A stretch of 64,000 nucleotides of DNA. Origin: a virus. The stretch is taken from IMG/VR virus record IMGVR_UViG_3300045988_159959; one strand, written 5' to 3'. Shown piece by piece: positions 7,793 through 16,236 of the stretch (within the stretch, counting starts at the first letter, position 1; each line of letters opens with the position of its first letter). Position numbers and translations under genes: made by a program. Under the pieces are notes generated by a model. The model was not told the origin of the DNA and ran no database searches. It saw nothing but the letters and a program-made list of their open reading frames with translations.

Positions 7793-8365
7793 ATGGAAAC
7801 GAAATTTAAAGAAGGTGATGTTGTCCGAATCAAAAGTATTGAGTGGTACAACATCAACAAAGATAAAAGTGGGAGTATAAATGTAACCGGCTACTCTTGT
7901 TCATTCACAAAGGCGTTAAGCGAATTTTGTGGTAAATGTTTTGTCATTTCTAAAATAGAAGGTACGAATTTCTATTTAAACGATCTGTCTTTCGTATTTT
8001 ATGAATGGATGTTTAAACCGGGAAAATATGAATTAAAATCTTTGGATATAACCAAAAATTCTGTTGCAACCAACAATCCTTTTGTTTTCAATGCTGCAAA
8101 GAAACCTATTTCTGTTTGTGGTGTAATTTCAGTACCTTTATATATCGCAGTAAAGGTTCAGGAAGCACCAAAATTCCAGCCTTTTCAAAAAGTGCTTGTA
8201 AAGGATTGTGAAGAAGGAATATTTGGCGTTTGGCATTGTGATTTGTTTTCTCACATTTCAAAAGAAGGCAAATATTTCACTATTTCCGGTATGTGGGATG
8301 AATGTATTCCCTTTGAAGGAAACGAGCATTTGGTAGGAACGAAAGACGATCCTAAAGAACGATAA
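7793..8365 (+). CDS. hypothetical protein (190 aa)
   Basis: The ATG at 7793 (METKFKEGDVV) is preferred over the overlapping track start at 7712. Same-strand array. Confidence 0.6.
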   Translation: METKFKEGDVVRIKSIEWYNINKDKSGSINVTGYSCSFTKALSEFCGKCFVISKIEGTNFYLNDLSFVFYEWMFKPGKYELKSLDITKNSVATNNPFVFNAAKKPISVCGVISVPLYIAVKVQEAPKFQPFQKVLVKDCEEGIFGVWHCDLFSHISKEGKYFTISGMWDECIPFEGNEHLVGTKDDPKER

Positions 8366-8396
8366 CCCAGCGTTTCCATATATTTTTTAAGTTCCT

Positions 8397-8441
8397 CGGC
8401 GGGATAGTTCATCATCTTCCCGTAAAGATTGGCTCCCGCCG
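8397..8441 (+). terminator. GC-rich hairpin with a T-rich tail (terminator or attenuator-like)
   Basis: CGGCGGGA..(29-nt loop)..TCCCGCCG is followed by GGTTTTATCTCATTTTTT. The loop is long for a classical terminator. Confidence 0.35.
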
Positions 8442-8471
8442 GGTTTTATCTCATTTTTTAACTGTGTCGCA

Positions 8472-8855
8472 ATGGCTTATTTTATCTTACAAAATAGAAG
8501 ACTACCCAAACAAGCTGTTTCTTGTTTTAAATTCCAAGAAGGAACAGCAAATACTTCACCCTATCTTTCTATAAAGATCAGAGGGAAAGAAGAAATTATC
8601 CCCTTCAAAGACAATAAAGAAATAGTCCCGGTTAAAGAACGTTTGACAGCAACATTTCCGGATTTTGTAAAGGTAGGGAACAGTTATATCAAAAAGACTA
8701 TGTTCCGAGAATACAAACCTGTTTCCCGTCCTGATGAAAATGTGTGCTATATCCTATTCAAAACTTCTTTTGGCAGTATAAAAGTTAGATTCAATAATGA
8801 AGAAGATTTGAAAAAGGAACTTGCTTCTATGGATCAACTTTTCGATGTAGAATAA
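8472..8855 (+). CDS. hypothetical protein (127 aa)
   Basis: ATG ORF in the rightward early-type array. Confidence 0.55.
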   Translation: MAYFILQNRRLPKQAVSCFKFQEGTANTSPYLSIKIRGKEEIIPFKDNKEIVPVKERLTATFPDFVKVGNSYIKKTMFREYKPVSRPDENVCYILFKTSFGSIKVRFNNEEDLKKELASMDQLFDVE

Positions 8856-8881
8856 ACTAATCATCTCAAAAACAACAAAAT

Positions 8882-9391
8882 ATGGAAACGAAAGATAGAA
8901 CAAAAACAGAAGTCTCTATTGAATTAAGGGAAGTTCAAAGAGAAATCAGTAAAGCAAGAAGTACAAGAAATTGGGCAAAAATTTCTTTTCTGAATCAAAA
9001 AAGAATACGTCTGCAAGAAGAACTGGATTACTTAAAATCCAAAGACAAGTTCTATTATCAAGAACAAAATTTGGAAAAATCACTTGTTTCTTGGGCAGCG
9101 AAGACACTCAATCTTTCGCTCAATATGGCTGATTTGTCTGTATATTATCTGGACTTGTATTTGCTTCATTTTAAAGAAAGAGGCTTTGTTCCTACCGATG
9201 AATGGAAAGCTAAAGAAAAAGCATTTCATGAAGCTGCAAAAGAGCTTGCAGAATATATGAGATATTTCTTCAAAGGAAAATCCTCTGATGATAATTCTGA
9301 AAGCATGTCGGAACTTATGGATTTGATCGAAAGAGACTACTATACGGATAGAGAAAAAGTTCATCACAAACAATATGAAGAAAAGCTATGA
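8882..9391 (+). CDS. hypothetical protein (169 aa), coiled-coil-like
   Basis: ATG ORF in the same-strand array. Confidence 0.55.
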   Translation: METKDRTKTEVSIELREVQREISKARSTRNWAKISFLNQKRIRLQEELDYLKSKDKFYYQEQNLEKSLVSWAAKTLNLSLNMADLSVYYLDLYLLHFKERGFVPTDEWKAKEKAFHEAAKELAEYMRYFFKGKSSDDNSESMSELMDLIERDYYTDREKVHHKQYEEKL

Positions 9392-9556
9392 TAGACTGGA
9401 ATAAATTTTTGGGAAGATGCGGGATTGCGTTGTTATTCATATCGCTACCTGCAATTGGTTTTAAACTTTATTTTGGGTTGGAATGATCATTCTTGCTATT
9501 GAAATGATTGTCGTAGCTGTTATAGTAGATGAAAATTGTTAAAGTAACTGAACATC

Positions 9557-9901
9557 ATGGACAAATTATATTTTAAAACACGAAAAGAAGAAATTCAATC
9601 TAAGATTGATAGTTGTAAGAAAGAAATGAAAGAATTAGAGAATGAATACATAGTCTCTAATCAAAAATTCCCTATTGGGAGTAAAGTTTGTTTGACTATT
9701 CCCGCTTATGAACTCCGAGGTCTCGGTATTAATAGAATAAGAATAGTTCCAGAAGAAAAGAAATTTGCTTATGTAACTGGATATGAAATTGTGGCAAATG
9801 AAGTTGTTCCTATTCTTATGAAAGCAAAGAAGGATGGAACAATATCTAAATTGAGAGAATACACATCATTTAAACAGGTAACAATTGAATTAGCAGAGTA
9901 G
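9557..9901 (+). CDS. hypothetical protein (114 aa)
   Basis: ATG ORF with a 2-nt gap to the next ORF. Confidence 0.55.
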   Translation: MDKLYFKTRKEEIQSKIDSCKKEMKELENEYIVSNQKFPIGSKVCLTIPAYELRGLGINRIRIVPEEKKFAYVTGYEIVANEVVPILMKAKKDGTISKLREYTSFKQVTIELAE

Positions 9902-9903
9902 GT

Positions 9904-10239
9904 ATGAAAAGAGAAGATATAGCAAAAGCATCTTCTGTCTTTAAAAAGACAGTGAAAAGGGAAATAGGGAACTTTCATAATGATATAAGCCTAAACAGTG
10001 TTGCAGTTGCCTTTAGAGAGGGTGTTAATTGGTTTATAGATTTTGTATGGCACGATAAAACAGTAAAGCCTAAAGTCAGTGAACTTATTGTCTGTATCCA
10101 TGAGAAAGGGAAACTATTGGGTATTCTTCAAGAGGATCAAGTTTTTATATCGTCCCGTCCGGGATGTATTCTGTATGATTTCAATGAAACGATAAAATGG
10201 GCATACTTGAACGACTTGTTAGGTATTATGGAGGATTGA
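9904..10239 (+). CDS. hypothetical protein (111 aa)
   Basis: ATG ORF, tightly packed. Confidence 0.55.
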   Translation: MKREDIAKASSVFKKTVKREIGNFHNDISLNSVAVAFREGVNWFIDFVWHDKTVKPKVSELIVCIHEKGKLLGILQEDQVFISSRPGCILYDFNETIKWAYLNDLLGIMED

Positions 10240-10242
10240 ATT

Positions 10243-10641
10243 ATGACATTTACTAAAGCATGTTTTATACGCAAAAATACCCCAGAGCTTCGCAACAAAT
10301 TAAAAGAGTTGGGGTATGAACCGTCAGAAAGAGTATCTGATGATAATGAATTGTGTTTGGCTACAGGAATGGACAAATTCACTACCATTAAAAACGAAAC
10401 TTTTGATTCTTGTAATCCACATACGACATGGAATTGTGCCGGACGGATAGATTGCAATTATAATGAAGAACTTTTCTTGGCTATTGCCGCAATAAGAAAC
10501 GATACAGACGCAAACCAATGGTTTATATCTCGACAAGGACTTTTTGCTTTCAACAAACAGAATGAAAATATGTCGGAAGTATCTCTTAATTGGCGTAAAG
10601 CTACTGTTGAAGAATTAATTGAATATTTTAAGGAGAATTGA
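10243..10641 (+). CDS. hypothetical protein (132 aa)
   Basis: ATG ORF, tightly packed. Confidence 0.55.
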   Translation: MTFTKACFIRKNTPELRNKLKELGYEPSERVSDDNELCLATGMDKFTTIKNETFDSCNPHTTWNCAGRIDCNYNEELFLAIAAIRNDTDANQWFISRQGLFAFNKQNENMSEVSLNWRKATVEELIEYFKEN

Positions 10642-10644
10642 ATC

Positions 10645-11049
10645 ATGAAAAATCAAGTTTTATCAGTCGACCAGATGCAACGCCTTAAAGAGTTGGGTGT
10701 TGATACAAGCGATGCGAGTGCAAATGAATATGAAGTTTCAGAAGACGAAATATATTGTGGGCGTTCAAGAGAGGTAATAACGGTTGATAGTTACCTTACT
10801 GATTATATAAGTAAAAAGAAGGTATTCACTTTGCAAGATGTTATAGACATTCTCCCTAACTCTATAGACAATAATGTGCTGACTATTAGGAAACATGTCA
10901 ATGGTGTAAGTATTTCTTATGAAGATACCTATACCCGGTCTATTCTTAGTATCTTCGAAAAAGAAGATATTATTGAGGCTGCCTATGAAATGTTGGTGTG
11001 GTGTGTTAAGAATGGATATGTAAAAACAAATAATAAAAACAAGTCATGA
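10645..11049 (+). CDS. hypothetical protein (134 aa)
   Basis: ATG ORF with a 4-nt overlap with the next ORF. Confidence 0.55.
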   Translation: MKNQVLSVDQMQRLKELGVDTSDASANEYEVSEDEIYCGRSREVITVDSYLTDYISKKKVFTLQDVIDILPNSIDNNVLTIRKHVNGVSISYEDTYTRSILSIFEKEDIIEAAYEMLVWCVKNGYVKTNNKNKS

Positions 11050-11255
11050 AAAGAGGAATGCTGACAGCTATGTTAATGATGTTCATATTGGGTGTAAATG
11101 GAAGTACATATCCATTTAAAACGGGTAGCGGAATGAACCCCAATTACCGGAGGCCAGAGAAAAAGAAACAGGAAAAAGAGTTTTGTATAAAAGGAATAAA
11201 AGTAATGGCATATTCCAGAAAAGATGCCATTAAAAGATTAAAACATTTAAAATAA
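11046..11255 (+). CDS. small secreted protein (69 aa)
   Basis: N-terminal signal-like MKRGMLTAMLMMFILGVNG, followed by a basic tail. Confidence 0.5.
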   Translation: MKRGMLTAMLMMFILGVNGSTYPFKTGSGMNPNYRRPEKKKQEKEFCIKGIKVMAYSRKDAIKRLKHLK

Positions 11256-11513
11256 ACAGAATCAAAATGGAAAAGAAAATTTTTGTATTCAAGTATGCTT
11301 TAACAAAAGGTATCATAGAGGTAGATACTGAAATAAAATAAAGTACTTATGGAGAGTATGCTAAGTCAAAAAATCAGATGAATATTATGTGGACAAACAG
11401 AGATTATGTTCACACAAAAGAAGAAGTCTTGAAAAAGGTGGAAGATATGAGACTTAGGAAAATCGAGTCTTTGAAAAAGCAGATTGTCAAACTCGAAAAA
11501 ATGAAATTTTGAA

Positions 11514-11894
11514 ATGAAGGAATTTGATTTAGAAAAAGCGAAAGTCGGACATCCGGTGTGCACAAGAGATGGTAAGGAAGCGAGAATCTTGTGTTTTGAT
11601 AGAATAGGACATCATCCTATTGTGGCCTTAGTAAAAGAGGCTGGTGATGAAACTATCTTTTTTTATAACAAGAAAGGAAGATTCAGTAACGATGGAAGGG
11701 AATGTATGTGTGATCTTTTCATGAAAGCTGTAAAACGAGAAGCATGGATAAACTTGTACAAAGATAAAGATGAACGACTATTCCCAGGACTTAATCTTTT
11801 TGAATCTGAAAAAGAAGCAAAGGATAGAATGGAATCAGGTGAAAAGTCAAGTCGTTTATATTACAAAACAGTAAAAATAGAATGGGAAGAATAA
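11514..11894 (+). CDS. hypothetical protein; N-terminus paralogous to 2298..2603
   Basis: Shares (K/E)F(N/D)LE(E/K)AK.G.PVCTRDG with the 2298..2603 product. Confidence 0.6.
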   Translation: MKEFDLEKAKVGHPVCTRDGKEARILCFDRIGHHPIVALVKEAGDETIFFYNKKGRFSNDGRECMCDLFMKAVKREAWINLYKDKDERLFPGLNLFESEKEAKDRMESGEKSSRLYYKTVKIEWEE

Positions 11895-11912
11895 GGTAAA
11901 AACAAAAAAAGA

Positions 11913-12329
11913 ATGAATATGGAAACGAAGAAAAAGATATGTCCTAAGTGTGGGCAAGAAGATGGGTCGGGACAAAATAAAATCCATGATATGAACCCAG
12001 AGCATTTTGTCAAATGTGATATCCGTACAATCATGGAAAGAGATGGTGTTTGTTATCATTGCGGCTTCTGGATAAGAATGTACGAGCAACACAAAAACGA
12101 TCCCAATTGGCTAATTATAGATGGGGTCTCATACATTGCCAACCCATTCGTTCCTAATACAAATGACATGACAAGACGATTCATGGGTTTTGGTGGTAGG
12201 ATGATGGAAGCTATTAAAAACTCTGGCGAAAAGGTGATATCTAATGATTGGTGGTATCAAGGTGATGTGCCGGAATGTTTTAGAGATATAATGCCGGATA
12301 ACGCTAAGTGGAGCAACAACAAACAATAA
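11913..12329 (+). CDS. zinc-ribbon protein (138 aa)
   Basis: CPKCG ... CYHCG cysteine pairs. Last gene of the array. Confidence 0.55.
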   Translation: MNMETKKKICPKCGQEDGSGQNKIHDMNPEHFVKCDIRTIMERDGVCYHCGFWIRMYEQHKNDPNWLIIDGVSYIANPFVPNTNDMTRRFMGFGGRMMEAIKNSGEKVISNDWWYQGDVPECFRDIMPDNAKWSNNKQ

Positions 12330-12386
12330 AGATCATAGAAAGACTTTTTACTATGAAATAGGATATTGGTTTTTCAATAATCTTGC

Positions 12387-12404
12387 TATATTTGCAGTGC
12401 AAAT
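12387..12404 (+). promoter_or_regulatory. -7 box TATATTTG overlapping the 15-bp palindrome ATTTGCAgTGCAAAT
   Basis: TATATTTG (12387-12394) is a perfect TAnnTTTG match. The palindrome spans 12390-12404. Confidence 0.45.
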
Positions 12405-12472
12405 CATATTAATGTAAGTATAGTAGGTTTCGTAAATATAGAAAACCAATAACCGCTCTATTCATACATACA

Positions 12473-12556
12473 AAAACGGCTTTCGCCTTCCCAAAATTAA
12501 GAACCTTGCTACATTTCTTAATTTGATTTGCAAACCGGGAAAGGCAAAGCCGTTTT
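12473..12556 (+). promoter_or_regulatory. 84-nt nested hairpin (terminator/attenuator-like) in the leader of the Bro-N gene
   Basis: Outer stem AAAACGGCTTTCGCCTTCCC / GGGAAAGGCAAAGCCGTTTT (19 bp, 2 bulges). Inner stem AAATTAAGAA / TTCTTAATTT. Followed by TTTTCTTTTTGT. Confidence 0.5.
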
Positions 12557-12591
12557 CTTTTTGTCTACAAACACAATTAAAATACAAAGTT

Positions 12592-13392
12592 ATGGGTGAA
12601 TTAAAGATTTTCAAAAATGAAGAATTTGGAGAAGTAAGAACAATGTTAGTAAATGGCGAACCTTACTTTGTGGGAAAAGATGTTGCATCTGTTTTGGGTT
12701 ATTCTAACACCAGAAACGCAATTTTACAACATGTTGATAGTGAGGACGCCTTAAAACAGGGCGTCCCTGATAATCAAGGTTTTACACAACAAACAACTTT
12801 GATAAACGAAAGTGGGCTTTACTCTTTAATTTTCGGCAGTAAATTAGAATCTGCAAAGAGTTTTAAAAGATGGGTAACTTCTGAAGTGTTGCCCGCTATT
12901 AGGAAAACCGGAAGCTACAATTTACCATCCTATCAAATAGAGAATCCTATTCAGCGTGCTGAAGCATGGATTCAAGAAGAAAAAGAAAGACAGGCTCTAA
13001 AAGAACAAGCTAAACAGCTTGCCGAAGAAAACAAAATTCTGGAGAACCAGATAGAAGAGGATGTACCTAAAGTAATTTTCGCAATGGCCGTAACCGAATC
13101 CAAGCGTTCTTGTCTTGTTGCGGAGCTTGCAAAGATCATCTGTCAAAACGGAATGGAGGTAGGGCAGAACCGGATGTTTAAATGGCTCCGCAAACGCGGA
13201 TATCTTGGAACAAAAGGAGAATACTACAATCAGCCTATGCAAAGATGGGTAGAAGCAGGAATGTTCGAAATCAAGAAAAGAACGATTACAAAACCGAACG
13301 GTGATCTGATTACAGTAAGTACACCTCTTGTAACCGGCAAAGGGCAAGTGTATCTCGTGAACAAGTTCCTGAAAGAATATGTCTCAAAATGA
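12592..13392 (+). CDS. Bro-N domain / KilA-C-type phage antirepressor-like protein
   Basis: FKNEEFGEVRTMLVNGEPYFVGKDVASVLGY...SGLYSLIF.SKLESAKSFKRWVTSEVLPAIRKTG is a Bro-N signature. The C-terminal half resembles KilA-C. The ATG at 12592 is preferred to the TTG track start at 12523. Confidence 0.8.
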   Translation: MGELKIFKNEEFGEVRTMLVNGEPYFVGKDVASVLGYSNTRNAILQHVDSEDALKQGVPDNQGFTQQTTLINESGLYSLIFGSKLESAKSFKRWVTSEVLPAIRKTGSYNLPSYQIENPIQRAEAWIQEEKERQALKEQAKQLAEENKILENQIEEDVPKVIFAMAVTESKRSCLVAELAKIICQNGMEVGQNRMFKWLRKRGYLGTKGEYYNQPMQRWVEAGMFEIKKRTITKPNGDLITVSTPLVTGKGQVYLVNKFLKEYVSK

Positions 13393-13567
13393 AAATGAAA
13401 AATCATCCAATTTGTCGCAATATAATGTTACATTTTAGTCTGAAAATACTGTTTGACATATTATATTGTGACAAATTCACAAAAAGTTTGTTACTTATAA
13501 ACACTTCTGCCCACTATTTCACCTAAATGTTAAAATCAAAAATCTATATTTTAGACCTTAAAACCAT

Positions 13568-13760
13568 CCTATTTTCAATCAAAAATATACAATAAGTAAA
13601 TTCATTTTCGCCTATAGGGGAAGTCGGAAATTCAAAATTTATAAATCATTGATATTTAATTGTTTAACTTAAAAACTTACAAAAACAGAACTTTTCCACC
13701 TTATTGTAAAAATATACAATAAGCTCTGTAGTCATTTTCTTGTCTCATTTTACCTCAAAT
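13568..13760 (+). repeat. about 190-bp non-coding repeat unit, copy A
   Basis: Contains CCTATTTTCA, TATACAATAAG twice (13586, 13713), ATTTTCGCCTATAG, and the hairpin CTTATTGTA-aaaata-TACAATAAG (13700-13723). Homologous to 15290-15475. Confidence 0.6.
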
Positions 13761-14078
13761 GTTAAAACTAATCTGAAAAAGTAAAAGTAAAGTGTTACAT
13801 TTTGATGTGAAAACAGTTAAGGAAGGTAAAATAGGAGAAATTGTACTTTCAGAGGCTAAAAATTCATTCATTTAGGCGTAATTTGTAACAATCCAGTTGT
13901 GTCCATAGTAGGAGATTTACTCTATTTTGTAAGAATAAACCGTTACATTTTAGTCTGTTTTTGGACTTTTTGTTAGTATCATTTTAATAGGAACAATCTT
14001 TATTTACTTTACAAATAGTCAAAATTCAAAAACAATCGAAAAATAGGGTATGTGAGACCCATCAAAAATCACATAAGT

Positions 14079-14135
14079 CTGAAAATCAATAATTTAAATT
14101 TTTCAATTTTCGTCCACTCCCTTATAGCGAAAAAA
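14079..14135 (-). repeat. partial inverted copy (C) of the same repeat core
   Basis: The reverse complement TTTTTCGCTATAAGGGAGTGGACGAAAATTGAAAAATTTAAATTATTGATTTTCAG aligns at an eye estimate of about 75-80 percent to ATTTTCGCCTATAGTGCGTACTCGAAAATTTGATTCATTTAAAATATTGATTTTCAG in copy B. Confidence 0.5.
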
Positions 14136-14244
14136 GTTTTGAAAACCCGATTTTATTATTATCATTTTGATAGGGAGATTAATTTATTCCATATCATTTT
14201 GTCAAAATAGGGAGATTTTATGTATTGAGCGAAGCGATTATCCC

Positions 14245-14283
14245 TCGGAAGGGATGAAGAATCCGCAAGGATTCCCCTTCCGA
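14245..14283 (+). other. long coaxial hairpin capped by a GCAA (GNRA) tetraloop
   Basis: TCGGAAGGG-atgaa-GAATCC-GCAA-GGATTC-CCCTTCCGA: 9-bp plus 6-bp stems. GC-rich within AT-rich, ORF-free DNA. Confidence 0.5.
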
Positions 14284-15130
14284 AAGAAAATAGGATAGAC
14301 CAACCCACCAAAAATCGCCAATAGAAGTCCAAATCCATATTCTCGTACATACCAACAAAGAAAAACAGGAAAGTCAAACCCATAGGAAAGAAAAGAAATG
14401 TCCTACCCCTTTCTCAATAAAAAAACCAGCTAAAAAGAAAAAAGGAAGGAAGCCTCATATAAAAGAGATTTTCAAAATTTCTATATATGAGAGTAGTGTA
14501 ATTGAAGACAGTATCTATTGTATAGGAAAATAAATACCCTCTCTACCAAACTTCTTTTTGATAATATTTGTACAATATGTTGGTTTTCAAGAAGATAAAT
14601 ATAAACATATCTACAAAAATTTCGCCAGTAGGACACTATTTAGAGGCTTTGTCTTGTGGCATGAAAGAAATAAATGATCATTTGTAAAAACCGCTAATAA
14701 GAGTGTGTTTGAGAATTTTCTATACATAAGATATTGAAAACCAAGAGATTGAAAATATTTCTTTCTGTAAGAAATCCCTATATGGAGAGCAAAATAAAAC
14801 TTTTTCTTGTGACGTATTGGGCACGCCATCTCAATATGGAGAGTCCTCAAACAGTCCCTAAAGATACCCTACCAAAACAAAATACCCCGGATAACCTACT
14901 TTTCCGCTTATTTCTGACACTTTCTTTCCAAAATGATATACCACTACCGCACAGATAAAAACAAAGCTTTAAAAACGATTATTTGAAATCATAGGATCAG
15001 AGCATAGGAACCGGGAAAGGACAGCAACCACTATTCCTATTACATGGAGAAAAGAAAACGATCAGCGAACAGGAACAGAAATATGCGCGGGAAATAGAAG
15101 CGTTATACCGGACAGATCTCTACAAAGAAA

Positions 15131-15166
15131 TTTCTTATATATATAATATATTATATATATAAGAAA
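15131..15166. repeat. 36-bp perfect AT-rich palindrome
   Basis: TTTCTTATATATATAATA|TATTATATATATAAGAAA has 18-bp arms with no spacer or mismatch. Confidence 0.8.
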
Positions 15167-15289
15167 AATGAACAAATGAAGGGAATAACAAGGCAATGAA
15201 GAACAACGACACACGAAGGGTTGCACCCTATCAATGTGATAATAGAAGGGTATTTGTGTCAAATTTGAAAGTTTTTGAACTGAATTTTG

Positions 15290-15475
15290 CCTATTTTCAT
15301 TGTAAAAAATACAATAAGTCAAACTATTTTCGCCTATAGTGCGTACTCGAAAATTTGATTCATTTAAAATATTGATTTTCAGTTAATTAGCTAAATCTGA
15401 TTCGAAAACTCGATTTTTTAGAGTGATCAAAAAATTATACAATAAGTCATTTTGATAATTTTAGTGTCAAAAATG
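15290..15475 (+). repeat. about 190-bp non-coding repeat unit, copy B
   Basis: Same block order as copy A: CCTATTTTCA, (A)TACAATAAG at 15310 and 15436, ATTTTCGCCTATAG at 15326. Confidence 0.6.
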
Positions 15476-15533
15476 AAAGATTTTGAGGTTTTACAGGTGA
15501 AAATAGGTGCATTCCGGTATTAGTATAGCTCTC

Positions 15534-15580
15534 AAAATTGGGTCGTATATGGTGCGTTACAGCGCCGTAGACCCAATTTT
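15534..15580. other. 11-bp-stem hairpin
   Basis: AAAATTGGGTC ..25 nt.. GACCCAATTTT, perfect arms. Confidence 0.55.
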
Positions 15581-16090
15581 AAAAACAATAGATATATTAT
15601 CCCGGGAAGAAAGAAAGTAATATATAGAAGGCTAAAATAGCTGTAGAAGATGATCAACAGCTACAGGGAATAGAAGTGAAAAGTAGGAAGCAAACAAAAC
15701 TACAAACACTCAGAAAAGTGCATAAATAAAGGGGAGGTGAAGAATAAAGAGGGTAAAAGGGAAATGGTTTTGGCGTGTGGTAGTGGCAGGTGCGGCGAGA
15801 TAATCACATACACTATCATTATAAAACGCTTTTTATTCTTATTATCACGTCCAGGCATTACAAAAACAGTCAAATCACACACAATTCAAAAACTCTTTTT
15901 CTACTTACATACATATAACATTCTACTTCTTCCCTATTATGTTATATAGCTATCGTTTCCTATTCTTTTTTCTTTTATTTTGATAGGTATTTGTGTAATT
16001 TATTGATATTCAAATAATTGTGTATCATGCTATTTAGATTCATTCTAAATAAGGTTTTATTTATTGGTACGGGTTATTCCTATTTGTTTT

Positions 16091-16141
16091 AAATTAAAGG
16101 TTCCGCACGCGCTAAGTGCGCTTTCGCTCCGCCTTTAATTT
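16091..16141. other. nested GC-rich hairpin directly upstream of the 93-bp repeat
   Basis: Outer arms AAATTAAAGG / CCTTTAATTT. Inner hairpin CGCAC-gcgctaa-GTGCG. Confidence 0.55.
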
Positions 16142-16143
16142 GA

Positions 16144-16236
16144 TATAAGTAACAAACAAAACAAAGAAAAACAATCAAATTAACCTTTCTTAACTATAAA
16201 ACCTTTGGTATGTAACATTAAAGTGTTACATTTGTA
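16144..16236 (+). repeat. 93-bp perfect direct repeat, copy 1 (promoter module)
   Basis: Identical to 17515-17607 when read by eye. Begins TATAAGTAACAAAC and ends TGTAACATTAAAGTGTTACATTTGTA. Confidence 0.85.
16211..16234 (+). promoter_or_regulatory. Palindrome plus -7 box (TGTAACAttaaagTGTTACATTTG)
   Basis: Perfect 20-bp palindrome. Its 3' half forms TACATTTG (16227-16234), 46 nt before the ATG at 16280. Confidence 0.6.

Noticed and set aside
11267-11512. An 82-codon frame (MEKKIFVFKYALTKGIIEVDTEIK-TAA-STYGEYAKSKNQMNIMWTNRDY...KMKF) has a single in-frame TAA at 11339-11341. This could indicate stop-codon recoding or a pseudogene.
   Set aside because: All large genes in the window (ligA, terL, dnaE fragments, the fibre, helicases) are intact under the standard code. 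TAA is not a codon known to be reassigned in gut phages. Two short ORFs (11267..11341 and ATG 11378..11512) or one decayed gene are simpler explanations, and neither can be supported further by eye.
14162-15949. Track ORFs 14162..14383, 14611..14850, 14734..14958, 15062..15322, 15700..15882 and 15737..15949 as real genes.
   Set aside because: They are short, overlap each other on both strands and have low-complexity, Phe/Leu/Lys-rich translations. They have no promoter-ATG geometry like real genes in this phage, and they are interrupted by repeats and palindromes.
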